Assembly (NCBI GenBank): GCA_965222155.1
Contig: CBDCTH010000012.1
Span: 32,001 to 96,000 of the forward strand
Source: Gammaproteobacteria bacterium
Lineage (GTDB): Bacteria; Pseudomonadota; Gammaproteobacteria; Eutrophobiales; Eutrophobiaceae
Direction of reading: 5' to 3'
DNA length: 64,000 nucleotides
In this document: piece after piece, positions 1 through 8,754 of the stretch
Numbering within the stretch: position 1 is the first letter of the stretch
How the letters are laid out: every line of letters starts with the position of its first letter
Made by a program: the position numbers and the translations under genes
The notes under the pieces: generated by a model
Database searches by the model: none
What the model was told of the DNA's origin: nothing
What the model saw: only the letters and a program-made list of their open reading frames with translations

Positions 1-8
1 GTACTGGC

Positions 9-1868
9 GTGTGCCACGAACATCAGCGGGGACGCTGATGGAGCTGTGTTGAAGATGGGAGTGTGGCCTCCCGGAGTCGGCCTGCAGGGGCAGGCTCCAA
101 ACCACCGCCTGCTGCTGCGTGTAAGAGACGTGGTGGTGAGCGATGAGGAAAAGGCGGCAATAAAGCCGTCAGGTGAGTGATGAGAAGATGCGCGCGAGCG
201 AACCGCTGATGACGCATCGAAATGGGGTCAAGACGCGGTCAAAACGGGTGCCGGTCAGTAGCACCCGGATAAGTGTGGACGGTGCCTGCGTACGGTCCGC
301 GCGCCACCCGGTGATTAGGCGGCATGATCTCATCACAGGCTTCAACACGGGACGTGGGCACCTGGCATGGGGTGTTAAGGGAAAGCCACAAGTGGCTCAC
401 ACCACGAGGGAGAATACCGATACCCATGACAGGGTCGGAGCAACCCGTAGTAGTGCAGAAGGGGCGGTAATGGCGCTGGAGCGAAGGGGTTGCGTTATCC
501 AGTCTGAGCCGTCACATCAACCGGGCCGAGCGGGAGGAGTGTGAGGGGTTCAGACAAACCGTTACCGGTCACCAGGCGCAGGGTCTGGGAGGCCTATAAG
601 TGGGTGAACGGGAAGGGAAAAGCGGCGGGCGTCGAGGGCCAGAGTCTCGATGACGTTGCTCAGGACCTTGAGACTAACCTGTACAAGTTGTGGAATCGGC
701 TGGCGTCGGGCAGTTACTTCCCGCCACCGGTACGGCGTGTAGCGATTCCCAAGGCCGCGGGCGGGGTCCGACCTCTGGGTAGTCCGACGGTCTCGGACCG
801 CATTGCACAGAGGGTGGTCAAGCAGTATCTGGAGCCGGAGTGGGAGGTACTGTTCGACTCTGATTCCTACGGCTTCGGACCGGGCAAATCGGCCCATCAA
901 GCGGTGGAGCAGGCGCGTAGGCGCGGCTGGGAATATGACTGGGTCGTAGACCTCGACATCAAAGGCTTTTATGACACGATTGATCATGAGTTGCTGAGGC
1001 GTGCGGTTCGCCGGCACACCCAAGAGAACGGGGTGCTGATCGACATCGAACGATAGCTGAAAGCGCCGGTGGAAGTACCCGAGGGGTCAAGTCAGGAAAG
1101 ACTGACCGGCACGCTGCAAGGCGGGGTGGTCAGTCCGCTGCGGGCGAATGTGTGTCTGCATTATGCGTGTGACCAATGGCTGCGACGGACTTACCCGAAC
1201 GTCCCGGTCGAGCGCTATGCTGATGACGCGCTTTGCCACTGCCGCATGCGGTGGCAGGCGGAGAAGCTGAAGTCGGCGCTGGAGGAGCGATGTGCCACCT
1301 GCCAGTTGACGCTACACCCGGAGAAGACCCAGGTGGTCTACTGCCAGGACAGCAATCGACGGGGGTCTTAGTCCCACCTCCAGTTCACCTTTCTTGGCTG
1401 TTGCTTCCGACCGCGCAGGGCAAAGAACCGTTGGGGGAAGATCTTGACCAACGTCCTGCCGGCGGTAAGCCCGCAAGCACTCAAACGGATGCGGGCCCGA
1501 ATACGGAGGTGGCGCGTGCCGCAGCATGCGCCATTACCGCTGGAAGATAGTGCGCGTAGTCTCAATCCCGTTCTACGGGGCTGGGATCAGTACGACGGGC
1601 GATGCTACCCCACAGAGATGTGGACACTGTTCAAGTACGTTGACGAGCGACTCGGGGCCTGGCTCCGAAGGAAGTATAAGTCGCGCAAAGAGCACCGCGG
1701 GCGTAGCCGGCGGAGAGTGAACAACCGGGCCCAGCGAAACCCGTATCTTTTTGTCCATTGGGAACGACTTGGTCATGCAACGGTTGGATAACAAGAGTCG
1801 GATGAATCGAGAGATTCACGTTCGGTTCTGTGAGGGGCTGGGGGTGAAACTCCCCCGGTCTACTCGAC
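9..1868 (+). mobile_element. Group II intron (probably bacterial class D), degenerate, inserted in an IS5-family transposase gene
   Basis: Starts GTGTG at 9 and ends with domain V/VI (gagtcggatgaatcgagagattcacgttcggttc...ctactcgAC) at 1868. Joining the flanks (gtactggc|agtctgtctgcgggg) reproduces the uninterrupted sequence of the second IS5 copy (minus strand, ~5205-5226). Contains an RT/maturase ORF. Confidence 0.93.
541..1791 (+). pseudogene. ltrA: Group II intron reverse transcriptase/maturase, no endonuclease domain, in-frame stops at 1054-1056 and 1369-1371
   Basis: Three same-frame ORF pieces carry RT motifs NLYKLWNRLASGSYFPPPV, PTVSDRIAQ, DLDIKGFYDTIDH, QGGVVSP, ERYADD and an X domain (LNPVLRGW). 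The ORF ends just before domain V. Confidence 0.92.
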
Positions 1869-3028
1869 AGTCTGTCTGCGGGGCGGTGTACGTTCAGCAT
1901 GAGGCGCCGGTAGACCCGAGCAGCCTGACGCGCTTTCGCCAACGCATTGGGGCGGCGGGGTGTGCGCGGATTTTACAGGTGACGGTGGTGGCGGGGGTGC
2001 AGAGCAAGGCAGTGAAGACGACGGACTTCAAACGGGTGACGGTGGACACCACGGTACAGGAGATAAGCGGTGAGTTATCCGACCGACAGCAAGTTGCTGA
2101 ATCGGTCCCGGGTGCGGTGGGTACGGTTATGTCACAAACAGGGGGTGGTGTTACGCCAGAGCACTGCCCGCAAGGGGCCGCGGGCGTTACAACAGGCGAA
2201 CCGCTACGGTCATGCCAAACAGTATCGGCGGCTGCGGCGCGAGGTGAAGCGGTTACGCACGTATCTGGGCCGGGTGGTGCGTGACAGTGAGCGTAACACC
2301 GCTGGCAATCCGGCACAGCAGCGTATCTTTGCCGATGAATTGGCCTTAGCCAAGCGACTGCTGGCGCAGCAGAAACAGGATAAACACAAGCTGTACAGCC
2401 TGCATGCCCCGGCGGTGGAATGTATCAGTAAGGGCAAGGTGGCTAAACGTTATGAATTCGGGGTGAAGGCGAGTATTGCCACCACGAACAAGAGTAACTT
2501 TGTGGTGGGGGGTATGGCCTTGCCGGGCAGCCCGTATGACGGGCACACCTTGAAGGAAGCCCTGGCACAGGTACGGCGCTTGACCGGGACGAGTATTGAT
2601 GAGGCGTTTGTAGACCGGGGTTATCGGGGGCATGATGAAACCGAGTCCACGGTGTACATCTCCGGGCAGAAGCGCGGTATTAAGACACAGCGGTTAAAAC
2701 GGTCGCTCAAACGCCGCCAGGCAATTGAACCGGTCATCGGTCATTTGAAAGCCGACGGGCTGTTAGGGCGCAATCACCTGAACGGGACAGACGGCGACCA
2801 ATTAAATGTCCTGTTGAGTTGTGCCGGCCACAACCTGCGCCTGATCCTGAGACGGCTCAGGTTTTTTTGTCTCGAAAAAAGGATACTTATACTGGCTTGG
2901 CTCCGCGTGTTGGTTCCCGCAGCGCGTCTGTCAGGTGCCGGCACACAGTTGAACCTGAAAGCTGGCTTGTCTGGCTCCGCTACCGGTACCCATAATGGCA
3001 GCTTGAAACCGGGTTTTTCAGGATCGAC
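1869..3028 (+). mobile_element. IS5-family element copy 1 (3' part); transposase interrupted by the intron and frameshifted near 2060; 5' part lies left of the window
   Basis: Transposase motifs VTVDTTVQE, ECISKGK..YEFGVKASI, FVDRGYRG, RRQAIEPVIGHLK. Right terminal IR gggtttttcaggatcgac ends at 3028, followed by TAATTA. Confidence 0.9.
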
Positions 3029-3030
3029 TA

Positions 3031-3516
3031 ATTACTCAATCTGATGGACAATCTGCAAACCATAGGCCACCAAGACCTTACTTCATTCAAGCGCAGGCCC
3101 AAATATATCAACTCTCTAAGGTCGGCTGGATTCTTACGGTGTCCGTTCAGAATAATGACACTACAGCACAAGATGTGGTTACTAATCTTATAGTTCTTGA
3201 AAAATCTTTAGACCCTGCTAAAGGACCGATACACACAAGGAAGGAAGAAAACGCAAATCCTGTAGGCCTTCGCCAAATATTGAATCATCATTGGGGGCCT
3301 ATAGATGTCAAACAGCTCAAGCGGCCTGCATTTGTTGTATTCCAAATTCGGTATACCGATGCCCTGAGCAATGAAACATACTCACAGTCTTTTTTTCTGA
3401 AGTTCCTTGGCTCATCTCAAGACGGCACCTTTATTCAACAACTTATGAATGCCAACAGTTATGAAAAAACTAAAATGGAGAGATATTTTAGAGAACCTAG
3501 AATATCGACGCTGTAG
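3031..3516 (+). pseudogene. Hypothetical protein, probably 5'-interrupted by IS5 copy 1
   Basis: The frame of ORF 3139..3516 stays open back to the IS boundary at 3031. AT-rich; no family recognised. Confidence 0.55.
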
Positions 3517-3540
3517 TGTGATGCAGCGAGTAGGAGATGC

Positions 3541-3627
3541 ACGGGGTCAGGTCGCACAATGCACAAACACTTCAGTGTGGTTATTGTGGCCGCATCTTCA
3601 CGTGTGTATTGTGCGACCTGACCCCGT
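3541..3627. repeat. REP-like inverted repeat with 20-bp arms (acggggtcaggtcgcacaat / attgtgcgacctgaccccgt)
   Basis: Perfect 20-bp arms at 3541-3560 and 3608-3627, intergenic. Confidence 0.8.
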
Positions 3628-4026
3628 ATGCGCGTGGATGGGTTAACTGATACTCTCACCCGTTAGTTAAATATATGTTCCAAAATGCAATCAAAAAAGC
3701 GATGGAATTTACACTTCCGGTTGTTGTTACGTATCGACGTGAAAATGGTGAGACGGGGAGTTCAATTGGAACATGCATCATATTGAATAATGAAGGGTGG
3801 GTATTAACCGCTTCCCACATCGTAGAAGCAATGATGTCTTTTGAAAGCGAGATAGAGACTTTTTCAGCTTACAATGCCAAAGTTTCTGAAATCAACTCGG
3901 ACAGTAGCCTTAATAGGTCAGAACGTAAAAAGAAATTGCGTTCTCTAGATAGTCGACCCTGAAAAACCCTGTTTCAGGTTGGCATTGAGGGGGCCGGTAG
4001 GGGCGGCAGACAGACAGGCTTGTGGC

Positions 4027-5495
4027 TCAACAGCGTGCTGGCGCCTGACAGACGAACAGACGCTCTGCGGCAGCCAACCCGCGTAGCCAAGCCAGTATAA
4101 GTATCCTTTTGTTGAGACAAAAAAACCTGAGTCGCCTCAGGATCAAGCGCAGGTTGTGGCCGGCACAACTCAACAGGACATTTAATTGGTCGCCTTGTGT
4201 CCCGTTCAGGTGATTGCGCCCTAACAGTCCGTCGGCTTTCAAATGACCGATGACCGGTTCAATTGCCTGGCGGCGTTTGAGTGACCGTTTCAACCGTTGG
4301 GTTTTGATGCCACGCTTCTGCCCGGAGATGTACACCGTGGACTCGGTTTCATCATGCCCCCGATAACCCCGGTCCACAAACGCCTCGTCAATACTCGTCC
4401 CCGTCAAGTGCCGTACCTGCTCCAACGCTTGTTTCAAGGTGTGCCCGTCATACGGACTGCCCGGCACGGCCAACCCTCCCACCACAAAGTTGCTCTTGTT
4501 CGTGGTGGCAATACTCGCCTTCACCCCAAATTCATTGCGCCCCTCCTTGGGCGCAACCCTTCGGGCGGCTTGCGCCGTGCAAATCGTCTGTCCTGACGAT
4601 TTGTCATAACGCTTATGTACCTTACCCTTGCTGATACACTCCACCTCCGGGGCATGCAGGCTGTACAGCTTGTTTTTATCCTGCTTCTGTTGCGCCAACA
4701 ATCGCTTGGCTAAGGCCAACTCGTCCGTAAATACCGCCTGTTGGGCCGGATTGCCCGCGGTGTTACGCTCACTGTCACGTACTACCCGCCCCAGAGCCTG
4801 CCCCTGTATGGAGTTGAGCAGGGGGAGGTGCGTAACCGCTTCACCTCGCGCCGCAGCCGCCGATACTGTTTGGCATGACCGTAGCGGTTCGCCTGTTGTA
4901 ACGCCCGCGGCCCTTTACGGGCATAGCTCTGACGTAACAGGACCCCGTGACGATGACATAACCGCACCCACCGCTCCCGTGACCGATTTAACAACTTGCT
5001 GTCCGTCGGATAACTCACCGCCTTCTCCTGTACCGTGGTATCCACCGTCACCCGCTTGAAGTCCGTCGTCTTCACTGCCTTGCTCTGCACCCCCGCCACC
5101 ACCGTCACCTGTAAAATCCGCTCACACCCCGCCGCCCCAATGCGTTGGCGAAAGCGCGTCAGACTGCTCGGGTCCACCGGCGCCTCATGCTGAAAGTACA
5201 CCGCCCCGCAGACAGACTGCCAGTACGGATTCTCCACCCAGCCCGACACCACCGCCTCATCGGATAACCCATAACAATGCTTCAGATAGTGCAACCCCAC
5301 CATCAACCGGGTCGGTTTCCCCGGACAGCCGTTATCCGGGCAGTACCGCGCACCGAATGCCTTATCAAACACCGACCAGTCCACCAGGTCGGCCAGGCGA
5401 TATAAGGCATGGCGTTGATTGAGCATAGTGTCCAGGCGTTCGCGGAACAGGTCGGTTGCGGTGCGGGTCGCGGCGTCAGGTTGTCTGGGCGTCAT
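4027..5495 (-). pseudogene. IS5-family transposase, frameshifted by a net 29-bp hairpin insert (~4796-4825) and carrying an in-frame 72-bp insert (4532-4606)
   Basis: N-terminal region PTRLMVGLHYLKHCYGLSDE..WVENPYWQ plus DDE region. Both inserts are visible by alignment to copy 1. Confidence 0.9.
4532..4606 (-). repeat. TGA-flanked 72-bp multi-hairpin element, in frame within the IS5 transposase
   Basis: Absent from IS5 copy 1 (KRYEFG versus [30 protein letters not shown]). Hairpins caaatcgtc/gacgatttg, cggc/gccg, ccc/ggg and ttgcgccc/gggcgcaa. Confidence 0.9.
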
Positions 5496-5846
5496 TTTTG
5501 CCTCCGACATTGCAAGAAAATGAAGGTCCATGATACCAAAACTGGCAATATCAGTCCAGGAAAAAATACTACTTACATCAATATGATCAATGAATTAGAA
5601 TGATTTATCGGGTTTTTCAGGAGCGACTAGATAGGCCGCCAAAGAACCCTGTCGTGAATTATTCATCCTGGTGGGGGCAAGATGGATGGAACATTGAGCA
5701 GTATCATGGACTTCAGATAGCTGATATAGCTGTAGGAAAGATATCTGGATATGATAGTAGCCTTGTAACTAGCTATCCAGTGTTTAAGAACCCGGGTGTT
5801 AATTTCGAGCCGGGTATTAATCTGTGTAAACTAGTACCCTTTCAAT

Positions 5847-6971
5847 TTAATTCTGACCGGTTAAGCTGTCATAGGCCCTGTGCAGTTTAACCCTGGCGTT
5901 ATCGACATCAAATAACCAAGTGATACTGGCCTTCTCCCGGTTGCGTTGGTTCTCCCAGGCAGCCCGTTCTGATTTTAACAAGTCCATGCTTGCAATGCGC
6001 CGGTCCAGACATTGCCGGTTCATATTACCGATTTCGATCTCCACCCTATTCAGCCAACTGGCGTGCTTGGGCGTATAATGAAACGCCAGTTTACGCAGCA
6101 ACCGCCGCGCCGCCGGCGCCGGGAATGCCCGGTACAAGGCGGCGGGATGGTGCGTGCTGTAATTGTCCAGTACCACCCGTATGCGTTCGGCCTCAGGATA
6201 ATGCTCATCCACTAATTCACGCATTATCTCAGCAAAGTCGGCGGTTTTCTTGGTGCCTGTCACCTTGGCATGACGCCAGCCACGATGACGGTCAAAGCAC
6301 AGAAAAATGTTGGCAACCCCCTTGCGCTCATAGTCATAGTCCGTCTTGCTCACCTGCCCGGGCGCCATCGGCTTGCCCGCATGCACCTCCCCCACCCACT
6401 GTTTTGTCGCCTCATCAAAGTTCACCAGCGGCACATCCGGTGACGGCACTTCAGCATACAAATCCAGACTATGCTCCAGCTGCGCAATGTACGCCGCATC
6501 CATCTGACCCAGGCACCACATCTTCCGTTGCCAGGGCTTGAGTTGATTCGCCTTCAATCGCTGCCGGATGGTTTCCATCGATACCTGTTCCATATCGGTC
6601 AGGGCAATCCACTGCTCAGCCAGCAAGGCCAGCGTCCACCGGCACCGACCCGACGGCGGTTCACTGCACGCAATCGACACCAGCAACGCATCCTCATACG
6701 CATCCGTCTTGCGCGGCTGTCCCGGACGAGCCCCCTCTGCCAACGCCGCCTCCAACCCATACTCCACAAACTCCCGCTGCGTCCGATACACCGTCGACGT
6801 GCTCACTGACAACGCCTCTGTAATCGCCTGGTCCGTCATCCCCCGTCCGTCCGCCAGCAGTAAAATCTGGGCCCGCTTGATGGCCCGCACCCGTTGCTTC
6901 CCCTGGGACGTGACCTGTTGCAAGTAACTCCGTTCCGCCACCGTCAGCGCAACCCTATAAGTGATATGCAT
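5847..6971 (-). CDS. IS630-family transposase (open frame, but several conserved positions appear substituted)
   Basis: N-terminal HTH region. DDE motifs NFDE, VVLDNYSTH and YTPKHASWLNRVEIE. Start taken at MHITY. Confidence 0.88.
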   Translation of the reverse strand: MHITYRVALTVAERSYLQQVTSQGKQRVRAIKRAQILLLADGRGMTDQAITEALSVSTSTVYRTQREFVEYGLEAALAEGARPGQPRKTDAYEDALLVSIACSEPPSGRCRWTLALLAEQWIALTDMEQVSMETIRQRLKANQLKPWQRKMWCLGQMDAAYIAQLEHSLDLYAEVPSPDVPLVNFDEATKQWVGEVHAGKPMAPGQVSKTDYDYERKGVANIFLCFDRHRGWRHAKVTGTKKTADFAEIMRELVDEHYPEAERIRVVLDNYSTHHPAALYRAFPAPAARRLLRKLAFHYTPKHASWLNRVEIEIGNMNRQCLDRRIASMDLLKSERAAWENQRNREKASITWLFDVDNARVKLHRAYDSLTGQN

Positions 6972-7022
6972 GCCAGTACCCCTCTTGTGATAAAGGGGAT
7001 AATGGATCATAAAATACACACT

Positions 7023-7286
7023 ATGTCGATCCCTGACGCGAAAAAATATGCCCCCGGCTATACCTATAAGCAAGGCCAGTACCTCGCCTTCATCTACTAC
7101 TACACCAAAGTCAACGGCATCGCCCCCGCTCAGGCCGATTTACAACGCTACTTCCAGGTCTCGCCCCCCTCAGTCCACCGCATGTTGACCCAATTGGAAG
7201 ACAAGGGACTCATTCGTAAACAGCCCGGCGTTGCGCGCAGCCTGTCATTGGTAATACCTGTCTATCAACTGCCACAACTTGATTGA
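7023..7286 (+). CDS. Small winged-helix protein (LexA N-terminal/MarR-like), IS630 passenger
   Basis: TYKQGQYLAFIYYY...PAQADLQRYFQVSPPSVHRMLTQLEDKGLIRKQPGVARSL resembles a LexA DNA-binding domain without the peptidase domain. Lies inside the IS ends. Confidence 0.75.
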   Translation: MSIPDAKKYAPGYTYKQGQYLAFIYYYTKVNGIAPAQADLQRYFQVSPPSVHRMLTQLEDKGLIRKQPGVARSLSLVIPVYQLPQLD

Positions 7287-7719
7287 TTTTCACTCGTCAA
7301 TCGATCAGAATTAAATGAAAACGGTACTAGGGTTTCCGTTCAATAGTATAAAACCTGAGTATGACGAAAAAAATAAACGTTTTATGTTGCCGCCGGGCAC
7401 TCTTCCAATGCCACTATTCCCTATAGAAGGTATTTTTACTCGTACTTTAAAAATCAAAGTTCCAGAAGAGACCATTCCTGTTATGTTTGTAGAGACCTCG
7501 TCTCCTGGATTAATGGGGCAGAGTGGCGGCCCCACATTTGATTCTGATGGAAGGATATGGGCTATGCAATCAAAAACAACACATTACCCATTGGGATTTC
7601 CACCAGGACAAAGAAATCAAGAACATCAATATCTTAATGCTGGCATGGGAACACATGCAGAAACAATTATAAATTTTTTTGAATCTATAGGAATTGAATA
7701 CAAATTATCCGAGGACTAA

Positions 7720-7920
7720 ATGGGAGATGCCATGAAAAGATCACGTGACCAATTTATCACTCATTATGAGCAGAAACTCCAAGACCGCACCGTAACATCT
7801 TATGGAAATAAACCCGTTACTACATTCGAAACTAATGAATTTTGGCAAGCTGTTACCGCTACAAACAACGAAATTGATGATCTGTTTAGGAAATTTAATC
7901 CGCCGATTCGTAAGGCCTAA
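7720..7920 (+). CDS. Hypothetical 66-aa protein abutting the protease stop codon
   Basis: TAA-ATG junction with GAGGA upstream; no family recognised. Confidence 0.5.
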   Translation: MGDAMKRSRDQFITHYEQKLQDRTVTSYGNKPVTTFETNEFWQAVTATNNEIDDLFRKFNPPIRKA

Positions 7921-7969
7921 GATGTGTTATGCCCACTTGGGAAAATACTTACCGCAACAACTTAATCCG

Positions 7970-8455
7970 CTAATCTTTGTTTGTCGGTTCTTCCGGTTGA
8001 CCCCATAATTCATTGATTTCATTTTCCAAATCAGGAAAGGAAAGATTTCTCCTTCTAAGAAACCCAATGAAATTCCTAGGAAAAGTTTCCTGAAATTCAG
8101 TGATTTTTTGGATCGTTTGATCCGCATTTTCTCTTTTTTTAGAGATATCTTCCGATACTTTGTCCGCCTTTTCGAAAAACTCTTCCGATCTTTTTTCCAA
8201 ATAGCGGAGCGACCTATTTTGTAAAAACTTAATAATGCCAATAAAAATTGCCGTAAAAAGCACAATTGTAACTATTTGCGACAAAAGTATCGGCCAGCTG
8301 TTCAGTATTTCATCAACCTTTACAGCCAGATCAATTAGCAATAAAAGAACCCAAATGACAATGCCAAGAGCAAGGCAACATATAATTATATTTGTGATAG
8401 GCTTCCCCAGCCTTTTTTCAAATTCTTCAATTAATCCAGAAAATCCTAAATCCAC
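7970..8455 (-). CDS. Hypothetical membrane protein with two hydrophobic segments and a charged helical C-terminus
   Basis: IIICCLALGIVIWVLLLLI and ILLSQIVTIVLFTAIFIGII. The start codon is uncertain (GTG at 8455 chosen; the ORF extends to 8506). Confidence 0.55.
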   Translation of the reverse strand: MDLGFSGLIEEFEKRLGKPITNIIICCLALGIVIWVLLLLIDLAVKVDEILNSWPILLSQIVTIVLFTAIFIGIIKFLQNRSLRYLEKRSEEFFEKADKVSEDISKKRENADQTIQKITEFQETFPRNFIGFLRRRNLSFPDLENEINELWGQPEEPTNKD

Positions 8456-8490
8456 AAGGAACCCCCGTATCCACCATATCGGATAATAAC

Positions 8491-8682
8491 TCAAGTGAGG
8501 CGACAACTATCCTGACAGAGGGGGTTAGTTTCCCAAGTAAGCATTGTACCTGTCGGGTACTCTTTAATAAGAGATGAAATAAGGTTTTTAGCGTGATCAC
8601 GTTTCCACACATATTCTCGTTGGAAAGCAGGAACAAATAATTGCTTCTCGTCAATCTTGTCCAGTATCTGAGATATCTGCAT
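8491..8682 (-). pseudogene. N-terminal fragment of a DUF262 (GmrS/ParB-like) protein
   Basis: LFVPAFQREYVW...LISSLIKEYPTGTMLTW is the DUF262 N-terminal signature, with GGAGG upstream. Homology is lost after WETN. Confidence 0.8.
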
Positions 8683-8754
8683 ACTACCTCCAATATTTAA
8701 TTGTCATACTTAAGCCAAACGCCCACAAAATTAATCTACCCATTCTAGTGTGCT

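Larger units (their letters stand above)
3952..5627 (-). mobile_element. IS5-family element copy 2, complete ends, flanked by TAGATA direct repeats
   Basis: IRs gtcgaccctgaaaaaccc and gggtttttcaggagcgac. TAGATA at 3946-3951 and 5628-5633. Confidence 0.93.
5834..7327 (-). mobile_element. IS630-family element with TA target duplication and a divergent passenger gene
   Basis: IRs gtaccctttcaatttaattctga and tcagaattaaatgaaaacggtac. TA at 5832-5833 and 7328-7329. Confidence 0.92.
3675..7719 (+). pseudogene. Trypsin-like (S1) serine protease split into three pieces (3675-3951, 5634-5833, 7330-7719) by IS5 and IS630; reconstructs to 288 aa
   Basis: Removing both elements and one copy of each duplication restores a single frame (RSLD-RPPK; NLCKL-GFPF) with catalytic motifs VLTASH, ADIAV and GQSGGP. 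Confidence 0.9.

Noticed and set aside
173-544. ORFs within the intron 5' region
   Set aside because: This stretch is structured intron RNA (domains I-III), and the translations show no protein features.
541-1791. RT as a retron, DGR or defence-associated RT
   Set aside because: It has a maturase X domain, domain V/VI RNA, GTGTG...AC ends and a precise exon junction, so it is a group II intron.
3516-7940. Integron cassette array (short AT-rich ORFs, GTTAG before an ATG, long hairpin)
   Set aside because: I found no properly paired RYYYAAC/GTTRRRY attC ends and no integrase; the hairpin is better explained as a REP-like repeat.
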